From Lingula anatina (lineage: Eukaryota > Animalia > Brachiopoda), in assembly GCA_051362555.1 (NCBI GenBank), contig CM120643.1, positions 20,278,848-20,342,847 of the forward strand: a stretch of 64,000 nt of DNA, in the 5' to 3' direction. The first letter of the stretch is position 1. Each line of letters starts with the position of its first letter. The notes under the pieces were generated by a model. It was not told where the DNA came from, did no database searches, and saw nothing but the letters and a program-made list of their open reading frames with translations. Positions 1 through 10,855 of the stretch are shown piece by piece. The position numbers were made by a program, and so were the translations under genes.

Positions 1-88
1 CTAACTGTATGATAGAACAAATGCAGCATGCTTTACCCTTTTAAAAAACACAAACCTTATACCATATATTTAACTGATTAAACAACAG

Positions 89-507
89 GGCCCAGTTTCA
101 TCAACAATGAATAGCACTATCCATTAGATAAAATATTAAGCTTCTTGGCAATTATCCTGTGGGTAAAGTAATGTTTACTTAACACTAGATACTTATTTTT
201 GTCTCTCATATTGCTTTTCAGAATAAATGTCCAGAGAATAACAATGTTATCTAAGGGCGCATTCCCATAGATTTTAGATCAATCTATCCCTGCGGGGAGT
301 CTCACTAGCTATATAGATTACTGTCAGATAATCTGGCTTAAATGTCTGTCCCGCCTACTGCAAGCTGTAAGGGAGTAATTAACTTTCGTGCCCGCTCGGC
401 TGACAGCTATTTAGCGCGAACCCCCAGGGAGTTAGGTCGTTCTAGTTGGATCAATCTTAACTCTGGGAATGGGGTCTAAAAAATAGTGTTATCCATGAAC
501 CTGGGCC
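89..507. mobile_element. MITE with CAG target-site duplication (PIF/Harbinger-like), host to a nested MITE
   Basis: TIRs GGCCCAGTTTCAT / ATGAACCTGGGCC, flanked by CAG at 86-88 and 508-510. Confidence 0.7.
255..476. mobile_element. Harbinger-type MITE, family A (nested)
   Basis: TAA duplication at 252-254 and 477-479 with imperfect TIRs GGGCGCATTCCCA / TGGGAATGGGGTC. A homologous inverted copy lies at 57680-57905. Confidence 0.75.
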
Positions 508-528
508 CAGATTAAAAAAAAAACATAC

Positions 529-3500
529 CCCCTGCTCTCGACGATACCACACAGTCTCTGGGTGCTTCATCAACAGCTATATAGCCATCCTGTGTAAAAA
601 TAATACTTCTGATTCACCTTTTTATCTATCATCAGTTGAAAGACAATCTTTATAATGATGACATTGAGGACTGTTATTTTCATAATAATTACTTAGGAAA
701 ATAATGTAACATTTACTATTTAGATGACAGTGGCAAACATTCCGGGCTCTATAAAGCACATTATTTGATCTTTAAATAACTGAACAGTACATATGAAAAC
801 TATGAAAACTATGTCTTTCAAAGATTTTCAGAAAAATAATTATTGAAAAAATGCACCAACTTTGGGTGGATATGCAAAGGGAGTCTCCCCAAAATTCAGC
901 AGGCCCTCAGCATTCTGGAGCATGAAAATTAATGCCACAATAATTATATTGAAAACAACTAGAAATATCTCAATTAATGATTACAGAAGAAAAAAACAGA
1001 ACAATCCAGCAACATTTTATTACATGGAGATTTTTGAAAAGAGAAATTAAAAAAATTAATGCAACTGTCAGCAATAATAATTAAACAAATCACACACTAT
1101 CTGAAAACAATCAGTAAATGTCTTAAAATTCAGATGAAGCTTTACATTCAGTGGATAAGCCTGTGCTATTTAGTGCACTGCAGTGACTGAATATTTGGAT
1201 TCAAAAGACGAACTCAGTGTCAGATTTGTAAGCATTAAACCTTGGTGGGTATGGAAAAACTGTTGAAATTTCCAAGGAGCTTATTTTTTTTTAATTTTTT
1301 ATACAACTATCCAACAATATAGATAAACAATTGATGATTTAGTTCATATAAATAGTACCTTTAAGCATATGGCAGCATAGAAATTTGCATTTTTCATGTT
1401 CGGAGGAATGTCGTAAGCCTTCCCAAGATCAACACCTGAAAAAGAGTATAAAAACCATATCAAAATCTCTACTACTACTGCTTAGTGTCACCTCTCCACA
1501 CAAACTGCTAGTTAAATTCAAGCTAAATCTCTGCAAAAGTTTTCACATACTTATCACCCCAACATCCAAATGATAATAAATCATATTGAATGTAAAGCAT
1601 CAAATAAATACCACAAAAGTACCAAGAGTTTTGATTTTAAATGAAAAGTAATAATTCCATCAAAATGAATGAAAAACCTTTCTTACCATTCTTTGACCAC
1701 TTGATGGTGAAGTTATCCAAATCCAGACAACTGCCAATGACATCATGTAAACCAAATGACTGCGAAAAAAGAAACAGATTTTGATTCTAAAAAAAAAAAC
1801 ATATAAATATCATACATGTAATGCAAAAGAGATACTAAGTTAAATTCTACTACAATTCTGTTTAATTTTGCTGAATTAATTTATCAACATGAAGATTTTA
1901 AGAAATAAAATGGCACAGCAGGACTGCAAGTTAAAACCACTCAAAATGGCTGTAAGTCTGTCTGTGGTTTTATTCAACATCATGGTATTGATATGTACAT
2001 TACTATCATTTTTTTTTTCTTTGCTTAGCTTAGTTACCACTCTAAGCAAAATAAAAAGTTTGCAGCAATATTGCAGTAATGAGTTTGCAGAGGTTCGCAA
2101 GAAAAATTTTCTTGCTGCTAATTTGCAACCATCTTGCAGCAAATTCACAAGAAGGAATTACAATTTGTAGCAATATTGCAGTAAATTTGCAGCAGGCCTG
2201 ATATTTTGCTAAAGGCATGCTTTTTATTAAATTTTTCTGTGTCTAGGCTTTACACATTTAAAAAAAAAGAGAAAGTCAACAAAGTTTCAAGGTCTTATAC
2301 CAGTCTTTTTTTTTCTTTTGTTAAAAAAAGGATGAGAAATGTCTTTAAAAAAAATCATAAAGCAAAATAATATTCCATGCCTTTTATGAAGATCATCCAT
2401 ACAAATGTAAAAAAAAATTCTAAGGCACACTTCCATACCTGCACCTCACCATTACTGCTTAAGTACTTGACCTCCACCAAACATACCTCTCCATAATTAT
2501 CAAACTGTCTTCCATGAGATTTCTTCCCAGTTCCACCAAACCCAAAACTCTGGTTGTCGGTGCCCAAATCCAGTGTGGCCTTCTCTGTGGCCCAGCCTAT
2601 CCTACATAGGCCCTCATCTGTGACTTTCATTTCATAGTAATATTTTCCTATAATAAATGGAAGAAGAAGAATGACAAAAATAATAATAACAAAGCTGTAT
2701 TGTACAATTATAATATAATCATAAGAACATCAACAGAAATGTTAAATGAAAATATCCTGAACAACATGGAAATAACTAATAATGATATGTGAATTCTCAT
2801 TTGTTTCTGGAGGTTTTGAAAAACCTTTTTCAGTAAAATGGAACTGAAACTTCTATACCGAGATACATAACAGAGCCTATGAATTCTACACCTCTTTTAC
2901 ACTTTTCCATAACTTTCTAATTTTTATTGTGAATTGAATCTCCTCCCAAAAGCAAGAGTGAAAACATATAAGATGATGCGTGTAATTCAAATATAACACA
3001 TAGCACTGCCAAACAAACTACCACATACTGGCATCTCAACATTTTAATGCAAACAAAAAGAGACCCATCTTAAAAATTATATCAAGGCCTTTTACTAAGA
3101 GCATGCAGGGGTGGATTGAGGCCATCTTCTGGGGCTTCCAGAAGACAGTCAGATTTTCAAGTTTACTTTGATGGGTATCTTAAAAAGTGGAGGATGGATC
3201 AACAAAGATACTTTGGAGGACTGTCAGAAAACATCTAGATCTCTAAACAAGGTCAGATTTTCAAGTTTACATTGACGGGTATCTAATTTTTTTCTGTCAG
3301 AAGATAGTCAAACAAGGAGGATGGATCAACAAAGATAATTTGAATGACTGTCAGAAAACATCTCTGGATCTGCCTCTGAGCATGTACCTTTTCCATGCAG
3401 TCCCTTGTTGCTACGGCAGCCATGCCACCCACGCTGATCTCTGCTCTGACAGAGTAATCCTTCAGGATTAATGGCTGAGAAAAAACAGAAATGGCGCTTG

Positions 3501-3684
3501 TCAGTCTTAGTATAATTACATTTTATTTTAATTACAAATACCTCCACCAAGGAAAAGTTCTTGCCTTTGATGGTTTGTTAGTTGACCACCTAACTCGAAA
3601 TGTTATGGGTGGATTTTGATGATTTTTTTTGTATAGGTCAGAATTGGACTGACTTAAAATTGATAACAATTTGGTGGCGATAAA

Positions 3685-3716
<32 letters not shown>

Positions 3717-6700
3717 ATATCAATAAATAAATAAATAAATATCAATAATCAAAATTGATTGCCCTTGGCAGAGGCTTGTGATTTCTTTAATTTACACACA
3801 AACACACACACATTTATTAAGGAGAAACATTTTAGTATCTAATGGGATTGTATTTAGAAAGACTACTACCGCCCTCTACAATTTTAAAATCAAAACCTTA
3901 CCCATGGCCTCTCCTCTGTCAAATACATTCATACCCCATTTTGTACTTCCTGCAACTGCAAGGGCAGAAAAGTACAAGATTTTCATAAGATTTAAGATAT
4001 AAGATTAAAAAATACAACCTTCAAGTAAGATACACTAATAACTTGCAGCATATCTCAAAATATAGCTTAGACACATTTCTTAAATAACAAATAAGCTAAT
4101 GTTTGAATGTTTCATAAATCTTAGCCTTGTTTACAATAGTAGACTAAACACAACAGACAAGGTGATATTAATAAGCAAGGACAATAAAGACCTCAAAATA
4201 TCATGCGTTGGCTTAGGAAGCACTCACAACCAGCTGATTCCGAAGACTTACTAGTCTGTGGATCAAATATGACGTGCAGGGGCAGAGCAATTACCAGGTA
4301 AATCTTGGCACATGCTTTCAAGGGGGTCATGTCATATTTGATCCGCCGATCAACCGGTTGTGAATTCTTCCTTAAACCTTCACTCAGTAATACCCATTTT
4401 AGGATCTGGTCCATTATACAATTTCCCTCATGAATAGCATTTGATCTTGAACAACTTTTTTAAGTTTTTATACCATTTTAGTTCACAAGACTGAAGAGGT
4501 GAAATAGTTTCTTTTTGCTTTCACATTGGGTGTAAGAAGTTGGAAAAATATTACAAATGGGGAAAATATATTATGCACGAACCACAAGATTCTTTGGAAT
4601 GGTCACTTTTTTATACTCACAAAAAATCCAATTCAAACCCACCTGCAGCTTTTCCAGCCCCTGCCTTTGCTCCCTTCCCTTCTTTTATATCTTTCAGTGT
4701 CTCATACACAATTTGGATGATTGGAAGACTAAATGCCTAATAAAGCAAATAACATACTAGATATTTTTATTAGTTTTGACATAATAAAACATGTGAAATC
4801 CTTGAAAATATTTTATAAGTATTTTAATACTTATATAATATTATTCAAATAAATTAAAATTACTGGTATCTAAATTAACCTAAAATCTATTAACATAAAC
4901 AATACTATCCTATATATTTACAAAGCTATCTCACTTTTCTCTCTAATCATCAATATATAAGATCAATATATGAAATTACAAAGTGGCCAATATAACAGTA
5001 ACATGAGCATCAATCCATGAGGTATTTGGTTATTAACCATAAAACAACACATTTCAAAATCCATCATCAAAATCATATAGATTGTGTTTGAGAGAGACAG
5101 TAAATTCTCTAACAAAATTGGAAGTTCATTCCAAATGAGTAAACTTTACCCCAGTTTTTCCACTGCCAGTCTCAGCAGCCATCAGGACGTCTCCTCCGCC
5201 AAGAATTAGTGGGATAGCCTCGGCTTGGACATCTGTAGGAAGACTGGAAAACAAGGACAGGTCAGTGAGTGAGTGAATGAGAAAGTGGCTGGGTGGGTTG
5301 ATGGGTAAAAAAATAGGTTGATAGGGGGCAAGTGAGTGAGTGGATATTTAAAGTGATAATAACTCTTCATTTTGGCCAAAAAATGAATTTTCTTGGAGTA
5401 AACAACAATTTTCCTATACTAACCAATGGTTAATGAATCCATTTTTACATTCAAAGTTAGTGCCTGGTTTTTTTCTAAAAAGTTTGTTTTTTGGTTAAAA
5501 TCTCTTAAGAGATTTTAACAGAGTATAGCCATCAATGGAGGTCACGTTCTCTGGAGAGAAGTTCAGATATCAGAAAAAATAGCCATAACTGCCATTTTTG
5601 TGGTAAAACAGAATATATTATATTTCTATGAGTTATTCACAATGTTTTTACTGTGAAATATAGATCTCATATGAAGAGTTATTATCCCTTTAATTATACA
5701 AGTGGGTGAGTGAGTTGTTGGGTGGGTAGGTAAGCAAGTGAATGGGTGAGTAAGTATATGGGTGGGTGAATTGTTCTAAATATTGGGAATATTCAAAAAT
5801 GACATTTTTAAAAAAAAATTAGGACTTAAAAATATCAATACTGGAAACATAACAATTTATCAATACAGGGAACTACCCTGTGCAAATGGAAAAATTTGGC
5901 AATGGTCTACTACCATTAGGTGACAAGCATAGTGATTACCTCCAATCCATCTCCTCCACTGCCTTGGCAATCTCAGGCATAACAGCCATCTCTGAAATTA
6001 TATTCAAAAATGTTGGTGAGTATTGAAACCAATATATTAGTATGCAGTTGTGGTAGAAATAAGCTAATATCTTACCAACAGTTTATAAGCAGTGTTCAAT
6101 ACATTTATTCAATCATTAAGGTAAAGCTGTTGGAAGACCATCTCGAAATTTCAACATGTGTCCCTGACTCTTAGTAACTCTCAACCATGACACTGTAGAC
6201 TGTATTTGGAAAGGCCTTCTGTTTATACCCCCCCCTCGTCCCACCCCATCCATTCCTCACACAACCTAGATCATATACACTCATCATTTTAATCACCTTC
6301 AGAACTACACAAATACATAAATAAAAGTAAGCACTATAAATAGGCCACCTATGCAATATGTTTGACCCATTTCTTTGGGCCTTATTATTGAATAAGGCTC
6401 ACCTTATAGTCACCAATATATAAGAATCTCACTGGTTTATTATTTCCTCAATAAAAATTAATAAATGAGTCTGTAGGATAAGGCTTAATATAAACACTAC
6501 AGTAAGGGACTGTTCACATGGAAAGTCTATTTTCTAAAAATCTATTTTCTATTCGCGGTATCTTGTGATCACGGTCTGTGCCCTGAATATCCCGCGGCGT
6601 AATTACTGGCAGCGCGAGCCAGTTACTTCCATGATCACAAGATTTTATTTCCTGAGATGCGTGAAACGTTCATATTATTTAATGTGATCTGTGAAGCACC

Positions 6701-7285
6701 CCATTCCCATGACCCATGAATATGGCTTTTTATTCTTCGCCTTTGTGAAATGAAGTATGTGTATTCCGATATTCGTGAATTTCAGGAATTTCGACTCACA
6801 TTATTAGTGAAATCTGAAAAAAAGTTCAATTAAGTGTGATTTCTGAATTGACGATTTTATATCCCGTGAACTGTGATCACTACCCCCCCCCCCCCCCCCA
6901 TGGGACCCTCTTAGTAGTTTAACGTGTGTGATGCGTGTATGAAATAGACAAGCAGGAAAATCCATGCGTTTGCACTTCTATTTACGTTTTCTTCTATTTA
7001 TGTAAATAGGGGTGCTAACGCCCGTGAAAGATACAAGTACATGTTAACAGTGCCCCTAAAAGAAACCCCATAAAAAATTTACTATACGAAACAGCAAGAG
7101 GCATTTCGGTCAGTTGTGAAACTGAAGTCTGAAAGCAACATAGCCACTGGAACTATTAGTACTTAAATGGATATATAAGCAGTGAATTTACAAATCAAGC
7201 TTCCTACACGCACATATATGTTATTCAGGTTCTGTCCTATTTTACATACAGTTGTGAGTCTGATATTACCTTCGAATGCAGTCAT
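529..7285 (-). CDS. DDX1: ATP-dependent RNA helicase DDX1, 5' part (11 coding exons; gene continues beyond position 1)
   Basis: GT-AG exons 7285-7270, 5991-5940, 5243-5150, 4736-4643, 3955-3902, 3474-3388, 2647-2487, 1759-1687, 1435-1359, 914-861 and 589-529 join in frame. The product is [59 protein letters not shown] (Q motif and Walker A), followed by the SPRY insertion diagnostic of DDX1 ([21 protein letters not shown]...[10 protein letters not shown]...[21 protein letters not shown]). Confidence 0.96.
2040..2214. repeat. Small foldback/MITE-like element with internal TTTGCAGCA repeats
   Basis: Terminal AGCAAAATA / TATTTTGCT inverted match and several TTTGCAG(CA) / CTGC motifs inside. Confidence 0.4.
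3106..3378. mobile_element. CAGGGG...CTG-ended non-autonomous TIR element (hAT-like) with internal duplication
   Basis: Flanked by AGCATG at 3100-3105 and 3379-3384. A homologue lies at ~44094-44264 and shares TTCCAGAAGACAGTC...GATTTTCAAGTTTAC...GGAGGATGGATCAACAAA. Confidence 0.65.
4216..4371. mobile_element. Harbinger-type MITE, family B
   Basis: TTA duplication, TIR GGAAGCACTCACAACCAGCTGAT / ATCAACCGGTTGTGAATTCTTCC and inner IR GATCAAATATGAC / GTCATATTTGATC. Related to 36164-36358 and ~50687-50855. Confidence 0.7.
5352..5689. mobile_element. TTAA-flanked MITE (Kolobok-like)
   Basis: TTAA at 5348-5351 and 5690-5693 with TIR AGTGATAATAACTCTTCAT / ATGAAGAGTTATTATCCCT. A second copy lies at ~27552-27856. 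This copy sits inside a GAGT/GGGT simple repeat. Confidence 0.75.
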
Positions 7286-7889
7286 TTTGTTGTCGTCAAC
7301 TTTCGCCGGGTCTCTCTTGCTGTAGCAGCTCCTTGCATATGGAGTTATGAAATATCTCTTGCATAGTTTCGCATTAAAACCAGAATGCGAAACTTGTGGA
7401 TGGTGATGTGTTTTAGGGTATTCACCACGCATAATTTCATACATAAAAAGGTTTTAATTTTTGCACATTATTTAGTACTTCAGGCAACAATTATCATTTG
7501 AATCTAAAATCGACGCACACGATAAGTGACTGACGCCAGTCGAAGACTTTTTAGTTTGTATTGGTACCGCGGTAGCTTGCATATGTAGCTAATTAGTGCT
7601 TTTATTTTATAGTGGTATGTATAGGGCCTATCATAAATAATAAAATCATCCAACTGTAAGCTTGCTTGATTTCATGTTTAAGGCAATTAACAACGTGTGA
7701 CGTCACATAAAATACATAGGCCTACGTTAGCCTACTCGAATTTAAAGATAAGCCCTTAAAGATAAAACACAAACAGTTCAAAATCAATTATCTAAATAGG
7801 CCTATGTTAGGTAGGTTTTAGCAACCTTTGCAGCCGGAAAAAGTCTATGACTCCTTAACATGTTTTTAAATACTAGGCCTACTCATATC

Positions 7890-9007
7890 TAAAACATATT
7901 TGTCAAATAATTTCGCCTAGAAGATGTCATTTTTTTCTGCTGAACGCAAATAAAACTAAACCGTGGCGTAGATGGAAATGGATAGGCCTAGAGATCAATG
8001 ACCATCCCCACGTCAGCACCATTTTAAGGAACTAAATGCGGAGAGAAAGGAAATATTATTGACGACGCAGACTTTTCTTTTTTTAAATCGATCACTCAAT
8101 CAAAGGAATATGGTTTTATTGTGCAAAAGGTAATTTGCTAGGACCCACGAGAGGCCGCATTCGTGCTGGTGACTGCACGATCGAGGGGCAATGTCGTTGT
8201 CGTGTAAGCTGACGTGCCTCATCCGGGATTCGAACTCGTGACCTCTCGTTCCCATGGTTGGTGACGCCTTGTATTGTCTTTTTTACATCCATGCACGCTA
8301 CCGACTGCACCGTGACTGACCCGCCCACCCTCCGTACGTACGCGGTTCCTCTTATAGTAATCAAAAGCAACTTTTACAGATTATTTTTTGGGACAAAAAT
8401 GTTAAGTTTAACGAGCTGGGACTCGAACCAGGGCACAAACGTCTTCTCATGTACTAGGAAACGGAATTACCACGAAGCCACGAAAGCTTCGTTGGTAGAA
8501 GTGAATCAAATGGAAACTTTCTATCTTGTCAGGGAGAGGACCAGTTTGGACGCACATGTATATATCTGCTATTGCAATCGATAATCCTGGTGCCCTATTT
8601 CATACCGCGCAACCCAAGTCCCCGACCATTAGGCTATCCACATTAGAACGTTAACCGCGATAGGACCGAGGTCAGGCCTTGACCGCGGTTAAAAGTGCTA
8701 GTGTGAATGGGGAACATGGTGCACTAAGCCGTGTCTGAGAACCCGACACGAAGAATTCTTACAGAGCTGACTTTTTTTTAAATTAGTTTGTTTTAATTAG
8801 TTTGTTATATACCCAGATTTAGCTTGCCTTAACCAGTGACACTGGAGAGTTCAATGGGTTCAATCGCGGCTCACAGCAGGCGGGTTTTAGTTTTAGCGAG
8901 GCCCTAAGAAGCGGATACCGTAATAAAAACGTTCAAATGTACAAAAACTGGTGCGTTTTCCATTTAAGCAATTGCGGCAATGCGAATTTCGAGTAAAACA
9001 TATTTGT
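7890..9007. repeat. Solitary monomer of the tRNA-like-module repeat unit
   Basis: Colinear homology with the 18145-22203 array. Bounded by TAAAACATATTTGT at 7890-7903 and 8994-9007, and lacks ~510 bp present in array units (19290-19800). Confidence 0.9.
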
Positions 9008-10342
9008 TTATTGGAATGTATTTCTGAATAACAAGGTAAGAAAATTCACTAATTCATTAAAGACACAAAACAACTGTCACTTTTACTTTAAAACACTTTT
9101 TTATTATTTCGATAAAGTTAGTTACAGTATTGATAAACAAAGTATCAGTATCACGTTTTCAATAATTAATATTTTAAATAACAATCCATGTCTGCAAGGT
9201 TGTGTCAATGATCAAAATACAACGTTGAGTCAACGTCACATTATGACGGTGTTTTGACGTGGTTGGATCAACGTTTATTTTACGTTGAATTTAGGTAGAT
9301 CAATTCAACGTAACAGCCTGTTTTCAACGTTGATCCAACGCGACTATGCTTGCTGGGTTAGTCTTTTAGGTACTTCACAGCTCAGTCCTTGCCGTCTGAC
9401 GTGAACACTCCCAGCTCAGAAATAGATTTCTGGTTAATTTTTAACTCTGAAAGATCAAGCCATTCCTTTTGTTCCTGTTTTGCAGTGATACGTCACCCAC
9501 GCGTGATCTTCATATCTTTATTTGCAGAGGGCATGCAGTGCACGTGAGACGTTTATAAAGCATAATAATAATAATAATAATAATAATAATCCTTTCTTAA
9601 TCCCCAAGGTATATCCTATGCAAAACTGCTGAGAAAATCACAGTCTATAAATTAAACCCGCTTTTGAGTTCTAAATTTTTGCTTTGTTACGTGAAAGATT
9701 TTACTGTTTTGGATAATGATATTCCTTGGCCATGAGGGGAAAGTGTTGAAATCTCAAGGTAAAGTTATTATTACATGTACTACTTTATTAATTAATTAAT
9801 TTGTTGCTTTATTTATTATGTGTGTGATATATACGTCCCACTTTACCTCTCCCACGCACCCTTAATTAATCAGTTGTTTGAACGTTGGTTTCTAAGCTTG
9901 ATTTCATTCGAATGATTTCTAATTTCTATCGGTAAGACATGTACAATGTTGAGAAATAACCAAGGTTAATATTTTGAATTCGGTAAATCGCAATTGTCTT
10001 GGTCTATATTTAACTTGTGAACTGACCCAAATGGGGACAGCGCAGGGAAAAATAGAAAAAAAAGAAAAGAAGAAATAAGACACCCAGCGGGAACCAAAAT
10101 AATATCGATGACATATTTATATGCTATTGAAAATAATCGACTGCTTCTTGAAACGGGCGATTCTGAGACGAGGCATCCTAACTTTTAAAGTGTTTTTGTC
10201 CTATATTTTGACCACGACTCACATAGGCTATTGCCTTTTTATTATCGTCCTATTTATTGACCTTATTGTTTGCGTCACACTGTATATATAGCGTATATAA
10301 AACACAATGCGCCAACAGAAGACAGTGTCTTGGTCACAAATC

Positions 10343-10817
10343 ATGGCTCCAGACAAAAGTTTGACTGTGCTCGTGCTTGTTGCGGGTCTTTGCTCGAGTT
10401 TTACATATGCCAAGCTTCCAAACATTGTGTTTATAGTTGCAGATGATTTAGGCAAGTCACATGTGTACTCGTACCTTCAAAAATGTCGAATTTTATATTC
10501 AGTTAGAAGAAAATATACTATTTAATGCACCAGTGCAATAGAAGCGGGGGTGCATCATATAGCTGCTGTCGATGTTTTTTTATCAAGCAAAGGTGTCGTT
10601 TTTACTTATATATGCTTTTGATCTATTGTTACTGTTTCAGGCTTCAACGACGTGGGTTTTAACAACCCCGATATTTTGTCTCCTAACATCGATAAACTAG
10701 CCAGCGAGGGAGTGATCCTCAATCAGAGTTACGTCCACCCCTTATGTACACCGTAAGTAACACGTGCGTCAAATTTATCTTGTTGTCTTGTTTGGGACTA
10801 CCCTTAAACCTAAACTT

Positions 10818-10855
<38 letters not shown>

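Noticed and set aside
1238-1280. Minus-strand TTTCCATACCCACCAAG (FPYPP) resembling the end of the DDX1 exon at 861-914
   Set aside because: Similarity covers only about five codons and there is no convincing in-frame acceptor, so it is probably chance rather than a mutually exclusive exon.
8810-8893. Plus-strand segment of the repeat unit with TAGCTT...GGGTTCAATC...GCGGGTTTT, vaguely like a vault RNA
   Set aside because: The A and B boxes are poor and the terminal stem is weak. It cannot be supported without a covariance-model search.
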